Origin: Candidatus Bilamarchaeaceae archaeon
GTDB lineage: Archaea; Micrarchaeota; Micrarchaeia; Anstonellales; Bilamarchaeaceae
Assembly (NCBI GenBank): GCA_038851325.1
Contig: JAWCKZ010000001.1
Coordinates: forward strand, 35,769 to 99,768
Direction of reading: 5' to 3'
DNA length: 64,000 bases
Made by a program: the position numbers and the translations under genes. Below, piece by piece: positions 30,577 through 40,713 of this stretch (positions are counted from its first letter, which is position 1; each line of letters begins with the position of its first letter). The notes under the pieces are model-generated. The model was not told the DNA's origin and did not search any database. It worked only from the letters and a program-made list of their open reading frames with translations.

Positions 30577-30880
30577 TTTTTATGTATTCCTCCTGTTTTC
30601 TTAAGTTTCTTTCTGTTTTCTCTGTTTTCTAAATGTTTTCTATGTGCCGTGGGCTTATGTTTTTCTCAGGCCACGGCGGTCGTGGAGGTTTTCTTACTAT
30701 TTAGGTTTTCTTACTGGTTTTTTAAGTTTCTTTCTGTTTTCTCTGCTTTCTAAATGTTTTCAAGGTGCCGCAGGCTTGCTGTTTCTCTCAGGCTGCGGCG
30801 GTCGTGGAGGTTTTCTTACTGGTTCTTTAAGTTTTTTTCTGTTTTCGCTATCTTTCTCATTGTGTTATATTTAAAAACGA
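30577..30880 (-). repeat. about 2.5 tandem copies of a ~105-nt RNA-gene-associated repeat module, co-oriented with and immediately 5' of tRNA-Arg(TCG)
   Basis: The reverse complement matches the modules at 44599..44717 and 45876..46126 (…cctccacgaccgCCGTGGcctgagaaaaacataagcCCACGGcacatagaaaacatttagaaaacagagaaaacagaaagaaacttaagaaaa…). The second copy has CCGCAG…CTGCGG arms, i.e. two compensatory changes. Confidence 0.8.
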
Positions 30881-30919
30881 TCGCTGAAAAGTTATTTAGG
30901 ATAGGCAGGGGGTGAAAGA

Positions 30920-31681
30920 ATGAAAGTGAAGGAATATATAGAAACAGAGATAGAAAAAAAGGGTGCGCTTTTCTTTGCGCTCATAGACCCTCTTGATTAC
31001 AATAGCCTTGAAAATGCTGTAAAAACAGCAAGGGATGCTGATGAGGCAGACGCAGACTTAATACTCGTTGGAGGAAGTACCGGCGTACAGGGCGTAATAT
31101 TGGATGAGATAACAAAAAGGATAAAGGAAAATGTTTCCAAACCTGTTGTTCTTTTCCCCGGCAACATAGGAACACTCACAAAGTACGCGGATGGTGTTTA
31201 TTTTATGTCGATGTTGAACTCTCGCAATCCTTATTGGATAAGCGAAGCACAAATGCTGGCAGCACCTGTTGTTAAGAGATACGGAATAGAACCGCTTTCA
31301 GTAGGATATGTAGTTGTAGAGCCCGGAGGGACTGTAGGGTGGGTTGGCGATTCTCGTCTTATACCTAGAAATAGACCAAAACTTGCTGCAGCTTACGCAC
31401 TTGCTGCAGAATACATGGGATTTGACTTTTTCATAACAGATGCTGGAAGTAATCCTGCTGAAGGACCAATACCGGTTGAGATGGTAAAAGCTGTTGCTTC
31501 TGCAATAAACATAAATTACATCGTTGCCGGTGGAATAAGAAAACCAGAAGAGGCAAGACGCATCGCAGAAGCAGGTGCAGATGCGATTCAAGTAGGAACT
31601 TATCTTGAGAAGGAGACCGAAAAGGGTAAGATAGAGGCTATGATAAAGGCGCTAAGAGAAGGAGCAAAATCAAGAGTGTAA
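30920..31681 (+). CDS. geranylgeranylglyceryl phosphate synthase (PcrB/GGGPS family)
   Basis: 253 aa TIM-barrel protein. …ADLILVGGSTGV…, …FFITDAGSNPAEGPIP…, …YIVAGGIRKPEEA…. Confidence 0.8.
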   Translation: MKVKEYIETEIEKKGALFFALIDPLDYNSLENAVKTARDADEADADLILVGGSTGVQGVILDEITKRIKENVSKPVVLFPGNIGTLTKYADGVYFMSMLNSRNPYWISEAQMLAAPVVKRYGIEPLSVGYVVVEPGGTVGWVGDSRLIPRNRPKLAAAYALAAEYMGFDFFITDAGSNPAEGPIPVEMVKAVASAININYIVAGGIRKPEEARRIAEAGADAIQVGTYLEKETEKGKIEAMIKALREGAKSRV

Positions 31682-31726
31682 TAAAATTTGAAAAAATAAG
31701 AAGATAGGAAAAATTCGAGAAAGAAG

Positions 31727-33397
31727 CTAATCCATTTCCATCCCGCCGCCCATTCCGCCCGCACCGCCGGCTCCGCCTGGTCCGCTAGAAGGCGCTCCGC
31801 TCTTTCCCTTAGAACTTATTATATCATCTATTCTCAACATAAGTCTTGCAGTTTCTGTAGCTGAGCTTATTGCTTGCTTTTTAACGCGTGCTGGCTCAAG
31901 CACTCCAAGCTTTTCCATATCGTCAACCTTACCACGTAAAACATCAACACCATAGGTCATTCCATCTTTGCTTCCCTTGTGCTTATTCCTGAGAGTTACT
32001 ATGCAGTCTATTGCGTCCATTCCTGCGTTTTCCGCAAGTGCTTTCGGGATAGACTCCAGCGCCTCTGCAAAGGCTTGAATCGCAAGTTGTTCTCTCCCTC
32101 CTATCTTCACAGCATACTCTTGAAGGGCTGCGCTAATAGCCATTTCTGCGCTCCCACCACCAACAACATACTTTCCGTACTCTATCGCGGCCCCCACAGC
32201 GCCAATCGCGTCCTTTACAGCACGCTCAACTTCACTTACAACATGTTCTGTCCCGCCACGCACAAAGATAGAAACGCTCTTTGGATCCTTGCATTCACGG
32301 ACGAATACCATTGCTTCTCCCGCGATTTTTTTCTCTTCGACAAGTCCAGCGTATCCAAGGTCGGCCTCGCTTAAGTCATCAAGACTGGATGCTATCTTTC
32401 CACCTGTAGCGCGTGCTAGCTTTTCCATATCGCTCTTCTTCACACGTCTTACAGCCATTATTTTCGCCTTTGCAAGATAGTGCTGCGCGAGATCGTCTAT
32501 TCCTTTCTGACAGAAAACAACGTTCGCTCCGGATTTCTGTATCTTATCGACCATCTCCTTTAGCATTTTTTCCTCCTGCTTTAGGAAAGACTCCATCTGT
32601 TCGGGCGATGTTATCTCTATCTTCGCATCTGTTTCAGTCTTCTCAACCTCAAGAGCAGCATCAAGGAGCGCTATCTTTGCATTCTTTACTGTTTTCGGCA
32701 TTCCGGCATGCACCACCTCTTTATCGACAACGATACCATTAATCAGTTCTGTATCGAGCACTGCCCCGCCTGCCTTTTTCTCTATTTGTACAAAATCAGA
32801 ATCAACAACATATTTACCATTTTTCTTTTGTGCAACCTGCTTTAGAGCTGTAACAACAATGCTCGCTATCTTCTTCTTTTCCTCTTCGCTTCCTATCCCC
32901 TTTGAGCCCATGGAGATAAGCGCTATTTTCTGGAGTGTTTCTGCATCATCTGGCGTAACATTTTTGCTTATCCTATCGAGCACATTGCATGCCTCGCGTT
33001 CTGCTAATTCATAACCTTTTATGATAGTAGTGGGATGGATACCTTGCTCCAGGAGCATACCTGCATTCTTTAAAAGGTTTCCTCCGATAACAACCGATGT
33101 AGTCGTGCCATCTCCGACCTCCTTGTCCTGTGTTTTAGCAACTTCAACCATAAGTTTGGCAGCCGGATGGTCTACATTCATCTCCTCGAGAATGGTGGCA
33201 CCATCGTTAGTTATTACAATGTCGCCCAGGTCGCTCACAAGCATTTTGTCCATACCTTTTGGGCCCAGGGTCGTTTTTACTATGTTCGCCACTGCATAGC
33301 CAATGGCGATATTTATTCTCATCGCGTCCCTACCCAAAATCCTTTGCGCCCCTTCTGGGAGCACATAGACTTGCTCTCCACCAACCTGTTTAGCCAT
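31727..33397 (-). CDS. ths: thermosome subunit (group II chaperonin)
   Basis: …[10 protein letters not shown]…, …TNDGATIL…, …GDGTTT…, Gly/Met-rich C-terminal tail [16 protein letters not shown]. Confidence 0.95.
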   Translation of the reverse strand: MAKQVGGEQVYVLPEGAQRILGRDAMRINIAIGYAVANIVKTTLGPKGMDKMLVSDLGDIVITNDGATILEEMNVDHPAAKLMVEVAKTQDKEVGDGTTTSVVIGGNLLKNAGMLLEQGIHPTTIIKGYELAEREACNVLDRISKNVTPDDAETLQKIALISMGSKGIGSEEEKKKIASIVVTALKQVAQKKNGKYVVDSDFVQIEKKAGGAVLDTELINGIVVDKEVVHAGMPKTVKNAKIALLDAALEVEKTETDAKIEITSPEQMESFLKQEEKMLKEMVDKIQKSGANVVFCQKGIDDLAQHYLAKAKIMAVRRVKKSDMEKLARATGGKIASSLDDLSEADLGYAGLVEEKKIAGEAMVFVRECKDPKSVSIFVRGGTEHVVSEVERAVKDAIGAVGAAIEYGKYVVGGGSAEMAISAALQEYAVKIGGREQLAIQAFAEALESIPKALAENAGMDAIDCIVTLRNKHKGSKDGMTYGVDVLRGKVDDMEKLGVLEPARVKKQAISSATETARLMLRIDDIISSKGKSGAPSSGPGGAGGAGGMGGGMEMD

Positions 33398-33632
33398 ATT
33401 CTCACCTTTTTCAACATTTGCTTTAGCATTTTTGAACAGCGCGATTCAATAAGACTCAAACTCGGCTTTAAGTCTAAAAATTGGCGTAAATATTTTACTA
33501 AAAAAATTTTTAAATCTTTATTTTAGTCGTTCTCGAGCCTGCCGCAAATTAGGGAAAAACTTTTAATTCGCAACACCCTACGTTCTCGTATATTATCACT
33601 CCGCGCATATCGCCAAAAGAAGAGCATAGTCC

Positions 33633-34295
33633 TCAGATAAAACTAGAACCGAATAAATGACCTACCTTGCATCTTTTCCTTCTTGCCTCCCGTCCGAGCC
33701 GCATAAGGGCGGTCTCAAAATTTACAAAATCATACCCTGGAATTCTATGCTCAGTCCAGAACTCCTTCGCATTCCTTATCCCAAGTTCTTTTGCAGCTGC
33801 TGTTGCAAGATGCCCAAGCGAAGGATTGGCCTTTTTCCACACGCCACGAAGATCACGGAGAAAGATGGTAGTGGTGGTTGGACCAATGCCACGAAATTCC
33901 TGCAATCTCTTTTCAAGATCCTTGCTATCCTTAGCCAGTTTATGTAACCTGTTCAGACTTCCGCGGTATTTATCACCGAGAAGTTTCATACAGGAAATCA
34001 AATCGTCTGCGGTGCTAAAATCATAGCGCACGTAGCCGCCCGCATCAAGCGCGTCCACAAGCTCATTCCAATTTGCTCTCTTCATACGCTCAAATGAGAG
34101 AAGGCCGCGCCTGGCGAATTCCTTATAGGTGTTCAATACTATGGTTTCTGTTATTCTTGCGCCAAAAAGGATGGATGCAATAAACCATTTAAACAGTTCG
34201 CTGTCTTTTTTGCTTTTCAATTTTATTCCAAGAATGTCAGAATATTTTTCACCATACCTTTGAAGGATGCCCTTAAGATTAAACTTCCGCTTCAC
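33633..34295 (-). CDS. HhH-GPD superfamily DNA glycosylase (AGOG/EndoIII-like)
   Basis: Helix-hairpin-helix element …LQEFRGIGPTTTTIFLRDL… and a basic C-terminus. 4-nt overlap with the map stop. Confidence 0.6.
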   Translation of the reverse strand: MKRKFNLKGILQRYGEKYSDILGIKLKSKKDSELFKWFIASILFGARITETIVLNTYKEFARRGLLSFERMKRANWNELVDALDAGGYVRYDFSTADDLISCMKLLGDKYRGSLNRLHKLAKDSKDLEKRLQEFRGIGPTTTTIFLRDLRGVWKKANPSLGHLATAAAKELGIRNAKEFWTEHRIPGYDFVNFETALMRLGREARRKRCKVGHLFGSSFI

Positions 34296-35203
34296 CTTGT
34301 CAGCACCTCATTTCCATCAGAGGTTATAAGCACTGTATGCTCTGCCTGAGCAACAATTCCACCGCCAGCTTCCTTCAAAACAGGATACCCCTTCAAAATT
34401 TTGCCTTCCAGCATCTCCTTAAGTGCAGCGTTAACAAGAAGTTTTGATGAAAACGCACGGATAACCCACCGCTCTGCAAACGGCAAGACTCCATATTCTG
34501 TTAGAATATACTCAAAAATCTTTTTCGATTGTCTCATTTTCACAGCCCCAACATCATAGAAGCTGAATATGTTAACTTCATCAGTATCTATAACATAGCC
34601 TGCCCCAGTGGTCAAAAAAGGTTCTACTGCGAAGATGTCACCCTCCTTAAGTACGTAGTCGTCGTCTGTCCTCAAATTTGGGACATCAACACCAGCATGA
34701 AGTATACCTGTCTTTATCTTATGCCCACTAAGGTTGCTTATTGTTTTATATCCGTGCTTTTTTGCTGTTTCCTCTATCACGCCACCTATTTCACCAACTT
34801 TTTTGTCAGGCTTCATCTCTTTAATCGCATTTTCAAGGGCGTCCTCTGTTGCTTTTATAAGCTGACCACTCTTTCCGCTTAGGTCTATGGTATACGCTGT
34901 ATCACCTATAGCTCCGTTCAATGCTACCCCTATATCAACCTTCACAACCATGTTTTCATCTATCGTTCTTGTATCGTTTATTGTCGGCGTAAAATGCGCA
35001 GCAATGTCATTCACTGAAATGTTCACAGGAAAGGCAGGTTTTGCTCCCTCTGCCACTATCATTTGCTCTATGGTCTCAGCTATATCAAGAAGCGGTTCAT
35101 CAACCATGATAAGTCTTTTGCTCTCCTCACGTATCTTTGCAGCAAGCCTACCAACTGTTCTAAAATCGTCAACATCATCCACTACATCAAATGCGTATTC
35201 CAT
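34292..35203 (-). CDS. map: methionine aminopeptidase (type 2, archaeal)
   Basis: 303 aa pita-bread fold. …DIFAVEPF… and other metal-ligand regions. Confidence 0.85.
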   Translation of the reverse strand: MEYAFDVVDDVDDFRTVGRLAAKIREESKRLIMVDEPLLDIAETIEQMIVAEGAKPAFPVNISVNDIAAHFTPTINDTRTIDENMVVKVDIGVALNGAIGDTAYTIDLSGKSGQLIKATEDALENAIKEMKPDKKVGEIGGVIEETAKKHGYKTISNLSGHKIKTGILHAGVDVPNLRTDDDYVLKEGDIFAVEPFLTTGAGYVIDTDEVNIFSFYDVGAVKMRQSKKIFEYILTEYGVLPFAERWVIRAFSSKLLVNAALKEMLEGKILKGYPVLKEAGGGIVAQAEHTVLITSDGNEVLTR

Positions 35204-35226
35204 GTGATGATTTTTGTCAATTGCAT

Positions 35227-36585
35227 TTAAAATTGTTCATTTTCAAGTGAGGCCATGTCAGCGATAACAATATCAGCAAACGCTCTGTCAAAATCGCTAA
35301 CATTTCTATTTTCTTTTATTGTTTCCATTTCCTTTACAAGTTCGTAAAGCGCATTCCTTGCAGCCTCCGAACCACCCCTGCATAGCATAAGAAGGACTTT
35401 ATACCCACATATCTGCTTTGTGGTATCTTGATCGTCTAAGAACTCCTTTGCTGTATTTATGAGCTTATTCTCAAGATTCTTAGCGTTCTCTTCGGAAAGC
35501 GTTGTGAAGTTTAAGAAGCTTCTTGTTATGGCTGACATCTGGAGACGCAGATTATTGAACAATGTTTTTAAGTTGTGTAAAATTTTAGATACCCTTTCTC
35601 TATCAGCATCGTCTTTTTTTAAGAGGGCGTCTAGTTTCTGCGCGATCTGTTTAAGCATCGTCGTAGCCATGTTATACATAACAGTGCTTTCTATATCAAC
35701 AAGAGACGAAAGTACGCTTTCTGTGGGTCCGTTTACTATATTGTCATTTAATAATAATTTTAGTTCCACACGCAGGTATGACTTCTGATGTAACCGTAAA
35801 CCATTTTCTATAATGGATAGCGCTGTGTCTCTTGTTTTAGGATCATCAAGTGATTTTAGCAAAATTTTGGAAAGCCCAAAAGGCATACCATGCTCGCAAA
35901 AAGATTTGAGTATATTTTCTCTTGTTTCCGCTGGAAGCCGATCAAAATTTTCTGCCACCCACCTACCCGGGAGCGAACCACGATATAATCTGTTCGCTAG
36001 AAAAGACGCGCCGCGTTTTAACACCTCGTCTCCACCTTCTGTTTCCATTAGTTTTTCTAATACGAATGTCACTATCTGATCATCATAATGATCAAGAAGT
36101 TCTTCCCAGAATTCGGCGCGATAATAGTTACAGTGCCACAATGCCTTAACAGCATTTCTTGCGTTTACTATCGCTTTTTCATTCTTTGGATTGTAGTTTT
36201 CAACAACCTCAATTAAAGAGGTAGTTAGTTTTTTATCAAACTCAAAATCTTCCCATCCTTCTGCTTTACTGATATTCAGGACAAGCTTTATCAGAGAGTC
36301 ACACAGCTCTAGGTCTCCATAATACCTTGAATTTGTCCTTTTTATATCTTGAGCGAGGCTCTTCTCTCTAAACTTTTTCCTCTCATCATTTGTGCACGCC
36401 ATGTATGCTTCTTGTAGTTTGTTGATTGCCTCCTGACCATGCTTGTACTTTTTATATAATCTTCTGAGCTCTCTCTTTCTTTTCCATTTTTCTAACAGTA
36501 ATCGGATTGCATTTTTTCCTGTTTTGACCTTATTCTCACTGCCAATGCGATCGACTGTATCATTATCCACTGTACTATTAATCAT
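35227..36585 (-). CDS. hypothetical all-alpha protein (452 aa)
   Basis: ORF track. Long helical repeats. No recognisable catalytic motif. Confidence 0.45.
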   Translation of the reverse strand: MINSTVDNDTVDRIGSENKVKTGKNAIRLLLEKWKRKRELRRLYKKYKHGQEAINKLQEAYMACTNDERKKFREKSLAQDIKRTNSRYYGDLELCDSLIKLVLNISKAEGWEDFEFDKKLTTSLIEVVENYNPKNEKAIVNARNAVKALWHCNYYRAEFWEELLDHYDDQIVTFVLEKLMETEGGDEVLKRGASFLANRLYRGSLPGRWVAENFDRLPAETRENILKSFCEHGMPFGLSKILLKSLDDPKTRDTALSIIENGLRLHQKSYLRVELKLLLNDNIVNGPTESVLSSLVDIESTVMYNMATTMLKQIAQKLDALLKKDDADRERVSKILHNLKTLFNNLRLQMSAITRSFLNFTTLSEENAKNLENKLINTAKEFLDDQDTTKQICGYKVLLMLCRGGSEAARNALYELVKEMETIKENRNVSDFDRAFADIVIADMASLENEQF

Positions 36586-36611
36586 AAATAAATAATACTA
36601 AGAAACATTTT

Positions 36612-37679
36612 TTAAATGTTGTTTTTTATAAATATTAGTGGAATTTTTGGAAAGAGAGCTAATCTAAAAATTATACGACTTATGATGTCCATATCGCCGT
36701 TTTTTTCAAGAAACTCCTCAAAGCCATTTTCTGCGAGTTCTCTTCCAAGAGCAGTAAGCCTGTCATCGTTAAGCCTGTTAAGCAACCTCCGCGCTATCAT
36801 GTGAAGAAAAAGCTCTCTTTCATATTTTGCTCGCCATTTGAACTCGTAGTGAAACGGATTTGTGGACACGCCGGCAATCGAAGCGCACCACGCACCGAAT
36901 ATGACTCCACCACCGGTCGTAGCCTTTGTCTGTCCTGCTGCATCCCCAACAAGAAAAACCGACCTGCCATTAACTCTTTTCGCACTTTCTGCTCTTGTTC
37001 TGACAGGGATCACGTATCCACGAACATTTCTTACATCACGTACGTGGATTCTTCTCTTCAGCTTTTCAAATGCTAAATCAACATTACCTGGAAGTTCAAT
37101 ACCGCAACCTATCTCGAAACTACCGCTCCCACGTGGTATAACCCAACCGAAAAATCCTTTGAAATCAGAAGAAAGAAAAACTTTGACGATATCCTTATCC
37201 CAGTCCGCGTTCACGTTCCCCTGTAGTGTTGCAACAAACTTCGTAAGCGGTGTAAATCCAAAGAATGATGCAACAGACGAAAAGACACCGTCAGCGCCTA
37301 TTATACGATTTGCACAAAACTTTTTTGTGATTCTTTCGCCGTATCTTATTTTCACGCCTTCGCGCTCTGCGGAGCATGCAAGCAGTTTATCAAATTCGCT
37401 ACGGTTGCATGCATACGCGATCGGGCCTCTTTTTTTAACAGTAAGAACAGAGTTACCAAGATGAAGCTCAGCTCCGTATATCTCTTTCTCGACTGCTTCC
37501 TTCCAATCAAGATAATCCCTAAGTGTTTCCAACCCAGACTTAGAAAATAATCCAGAGCATGGCTTCCCACCGGTTGCTGGGTGCTCTTCGCTGACAAGCA
37601 CATTGTAGCCTGCGCGTGCTGCTGAAATAGCCGCCACACAACCAGCCGGTCCAGCCCCAATAATGTGAACATCAAACAC
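36612..37679 (-). CDS. geranylgeranyl reductase family flavoprotein (lipid saturation)
   Basis: N-terminal FAD-binding GxGxxG (MFDVHIIGAGPAGCVAAISAARAGY) and a second …VFLVGDAAGQ… motif. Confidence 0.8.
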   Translation of the reverse strand: MFDVHIIGAGPAGCVAAISAARAGYNVLVSEEHPATGGKPCSGLFSKSGLETLRDYLDWKEAVEKEIYGAELHLGNSVLTVKKRGPIAYACNRSEFDKLLACSAEREGVKIRYGERITKKFCANRIIGADGVFSSVASFFGFTPLTKFVATLQGNVNADWDKDIVKVFLSSDFKGFFGWVIPRGSGSFEIGCGIELPGNVDLAFEKLKRRIHVRDVRNVRGYVIPVRTRAESAKRVNGRSVFLVGDAAGQTKATTGGGVIFGAWCASIAGVSTNPFHYEFKWRAKYERELFLHMIARRLLNRLNDDRLTALGRELAENGFEEFLEKNGDMDIISRIIFRLALFPKIPLIFIKNNI

Positions 37680-37714
37680 AGAACAATTACTGAAAGAAGA
37701 TTTAAAATCTCTGC

Positions 37715-38857
37715 TTGCCCAATGAGCTCATGATGAAGGTAACGCCTTGGGAAGTTGAAGGAATCATAGATTACAATAGGCTCATAAAAGAATTCGGAAC
37801 AAAGGAGATCGATGATGCCTTGCGGTCCAGGCTTGAGAAAGCAGCTGGCGAGAGTCATGTAATGCTAAGAAGAGGGTTCATATTTTCACATCGCGATCTT
37901 GAGCTTGTCCTTGACGACTACGAGAAAGGAAAGGGTTTTTTTCTCTATACTGGAAGAGGACCGAGTGGTCCGATGCACATAGGTCATCTTCTTCCTCTCA
38001 TTTTCACAAAATGGCTCCAGGAGCGCTTCGATGTAAATCTCTATATAGAGATAACAGATGATGAAAAATTTCTCTTCAAAAGAGAGTTAAGCTGGGAAGA
38101 CGTTAGCCGCTACTCAGAGGAAAACATCTTAGATATTGCGGCTGTTGGTTTTAACCCAGATAAAACATTCATATTCAAAGATAGTGAGTACATCGGTCAC
38201 TGCTACCCGCTACTGATGAAGATTGCGAAAAAGATAACATTCTCAACAGCAAAGGCAGTTTTTGGTTTTACAAATGAAACGAACGTTGGCGCAATATTCT
38301 ACCCAGCGTATCAGATAGTCCCGACGTTTTTTGAAAAAAAACGTTGTCTCATACCAAACGCGATAGACCAAGATCCATATTGGAGGATACAGCGTGATAT
38401 AGCAGAAAGTCTGGGCTACCTTAAGGCATCCGCAATCCACTCAAAGTTTATACCGCCTCTTCAAGGGGTAACTGGAAAGATGAGTTCAAGCGTTGCAGAC
38501 ACGGCGATTTGGTTGAGTGATGATGAAAAAAAAGTGAGCGAGAAGATAATGAAGTATGCTTTTTCAGGCGGCCAGCCAACAATTGCAGAACACAGGAAAA
38601 AAGGGGGCAAACCAGAGATTGATGTTTCGTTTCAATGGTTGAAAATTCTTTTTGAGCCTGACGATAAAAAGTTGAACACGATCGAGCAGGACTATCGCTC
38701 CGGAAAGCTTCTTACAGGAGAATTAAAGAAAATACTAATAGATAAAATAAACGAATTTCTGATGGAACATAGAAGAAGAAGGGAAAAGGTAGATGTAGAG
38801 AGATATACAAGAAAGGGGAGGTTAGCGCAGAAAATGTGGAGCGCATATTATTCGTGA
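37715..38857 (+). CDS. trpS: tryptophanyl-tRNA synthetase
   Basis: Class I HIGH-type motif (…TGRGPSGPMHIGHLLP…) and KMSKS-like …KMSSS… motif. Archaeal/eukaryotic-type length. Confidence 0.9.
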   Translation: MPNELMMKVTPWEVEGIIDYNRLIKEFGTKEIDDALRSRLEKAAGESHVMLRRGFIFSHRDLELVLDDYEKGKGFFLYTGRGPSGPMHIGHLLPLIFTKWLQERFDVNLYIEITDDEKFLFKRELSWEDVSRYSEENILDIAAVGFNPDKTFIFKDSEYIGHCYPLLMKIAKKITFSTAKAVFGFTNETNVGAIFYPAYQIVPTFFEKKRCLIPNAIDQDPYWRIQRDIAESLGYLKASAIHSKFIPPLQGVTGKMSSSVADTAIWLSDDEKKVSEKIMKYAFSGGQPTIAEHRKKGGKPEIDVSFQWLKILFEPDDKKLNTIEQDYRSGKLLTGELKKILIDKINEFLMEHRRRREKVDVERYTRKGRLAQKMWSAYYS

Positions 38858-39504
38858 TGGATATCCACCTTTGGCACTTTCTTATCCTCTTCACCCACTC
38901 TGAAATACTCGGCTTCTTTCATCCCCATTAGCAAAGCGAGTATAAAATCAGGGAAGACGTGAATACGTGTATTATAAAGATAGACTGTATCATTGTAGAA
39001 TTCTCTTCTGTCTGCTATTTGATTTTCTATGGCGACAAGTTGATTTTGAAGCTGCATAAAGTTTTCGCTTGCGCGTAGTTTTGGGTAATTTTCGGCCACG
39101 GCGAATATAGTCTTAAGCGCTTCGCTTATCTCCTCACTTGCTTTCGCCTTTTCCTTTAGTCCCTTCGCTACCAGCATTGCAGCACGAAGTTCTGTTATTT
39201 TAGAGAGAACACTGCGCTCGTGCTTCATATATCCCTCGACAGCCGCAACGAGGTTTGGCACAAGATCGTTCCTCTGTTTAAGAAGTACATCTATGTTTGC
39301 CCATGCCTTGCTTACCTGATTCCTTAATGATATCAGGCCGTTTATGATTGATATAGTATACACAATAAACAGCACTGCAAAAATGACAACCGCAAACCCC
39401 AAACAGCCCAAGCAGATGCTACCAACAGCGGACGGAGGTATCGTATACTGCTGCGCCACCATCAAACAGCGCCAGTAAGGAGAGTTATCGACAATGCCAA
39501 ACAT
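38848..39504 (-). CDS. LemA family protein
   Basis: N-terminal TM anchor followed by …NQVSKAWANIDVLLKQRNDLVPNLV…, typical of LemA. Confidence 0.75.
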   Translation of the reverse strand: MFGIVDNSPYWRCLMVAQQYTIPPSAVGSICLGCLGFAVVIFAVLFIVYTISIINGLISLRNQVSKAWANIDVLLKQRNDLVPNLVAAVEGYMKHERSVLSKITELRAAMLVAKGLKEKAKASEEISEALKTIFAVAENYPKLRASENFMQLQNQLVAIENQIADRREFYNDTVYLYNTRIHVFPDFILALLMGMKEAEYFRVGEEDKKVPKVDIHHE

Positions 39505-39520
39505 TTTAAAACCTCCTTTT

Positions 39521-40300
39521 TCACGTCATAAAATTGATGATAATCAAAGGAACACACATCCCACAGATGAGTAGGCCGACTGCGAGCCAGCCTATGATTT
39601 CCCATTTTATCTTTTCTGTTATATGCTTTTCTTCCTGGTCGCTGATATACATCACGTTATCTCTTCCCATGCAGATAATAAGGTTCTCATTGGCAGGACC
39701 GGCACCTGCCTCTGTTCTTACCTCTGCTGTCCCGAGCACATAAACGCGGTCGTCCTCATTTATGTAATATTCGGACACTCTCAGCAGACTATTGCTATGG
39801 ATTCGGAATTGCAACTTTGCTTCCGGGTGCTCATCAAGAAATTCCAATACCTTCTTGTCGAGCTGTTGTTGCGGCAGCAAGCCAAAGAATCCCCTGTCTG
39901 AGAGGTGACCTGTATATACATTGTCCGGAGGGATTTCTACAATTGCGTTTTTTGGGCTCACAAGTATCCGCCCTGTATCGTCCTCAAGATAGAATTCAGA
40001 GGATGCGTCCTTCTTGTAAAAAACGCACCATCTCCCTCCGTGCTTCCCGCTCTGATAATATTCTGCAACAAGACGCCAAAAAACACATTTTGTTTTTGTG
40101 ATGGGGCTTGTAATCGGCTCTTTGTATTTTGCTTTGCCATAGAGCTCCACGAGACCAAGTGCTGCGGAGCGCACCTTCGAAGTAGGGGTACTCTTTATCT
40201 TTTGCATGAGAAAATATTTCGAGACCGCAGTATATATGAAAACAAAGCCTATGATAAACGTGAAACCAACAAAGCAAACTTGCACCGGATTGAATGGCAT
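39521..40300 (-). CDS. membrane protein (259 aa; N- and C-terminal TM helices) likely co-operonic with LemA
   Basis: 16-nt gap to lemA. TM helix at each end with a soluble middle domain. Confidence 0.5.
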   Translation of the reverse strand: MPFNPVQVCFVGFTFIIGFVFIYTAVSKYFLMQKIKSTPTSKVRSAALGLVELYGKAKYKEPITSPITKTKCVFWRLVAEYYQSGKHGGRWCVFYKKDASSEFYLEDDTGRILVSPKNAIVEIPPDNVYTGHLSDRGFFGLLPQQQLDKKVLEFLDEHPEAKLQFRIHSNSLLRVSEYYINEDDRVYVLGTAEVRTEAGAGPANENLIICMGRDNVMYISDQEEKHITEKIKWEIIGWLAVGLLICGMCVPLIIINFMT

Positions 40301-40314
40301 ATATTTTATCCCAC

Positions 40315-40713
40315 CTATAAAAGTCGGAATTTAAATCCGTAATGGATCAGACCTTCTGGGTCATCTTTTTGTATCATCCTAAATACACTTTCAACCTCCG
40401 CGCCTACTTTAACATCTTCAGGCTTACAATCAACTACCTGCCCAAGAACCTTCGCGCCTTCATCAAGCTCCACTAACGCTATTATGTATGGAACTTGGTC
40501 CTCAAAACTGCTCGGCGCAGAATATATTACCGTATAACTATAAATTTTCCCCTTACCAGAAAATTGCACGTCTCTTACTTTTCCTTTTCTTCTGCATTTT
40601 GGGCAAATCGTCCGGCGTGGGAAGTAGCGCCCATTGCAAACTTCGCAAATAGAACCGATAAGTCTGTATCGTTCTGGTATCCTGCGCCACGTGAGTGGAA
40701 TGGACTCCTTCAC
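40315..40713 (-). CDS. DUF35-type Zn-ribbon/OB-fold protein (thiolase/HMG-CoA synthase-associated scaffold family)
   Basis: CxxC…CxxC ribbon (ICEVCNGRYFPRRTICPKCRRKG) followed by an OB-like domain (…IYSYTVIYS…IIALVELDEGAKVLGQV…). Confidence 0.65.
   Translation of the reverse strand: MKESIPLTWRRIPERYRLIGSICEVCNGRYFPRRTICPKCRRKGKVRDVQFSGKGKIYSYTVIYSAPSSFEDQVPYIIALVELDEGAKVLGQVVDCKPEDVKVGAEVESVFRMIQKDDPEGLIHYGFKFRLL

Noticed and set aside
30577-30880. Considered whether the tandem repeats at 30.6 kb, 44.4 kb, 45.9 kb and 61.5 kb are CRISPR arrays.
   Set aside because: Units are 76-116 nt, far longer than CRISPR repeats. They abut one another or are separated by related rather than unique sequence. 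No regular repeat-spacer periodicity and no cas genes in the window.
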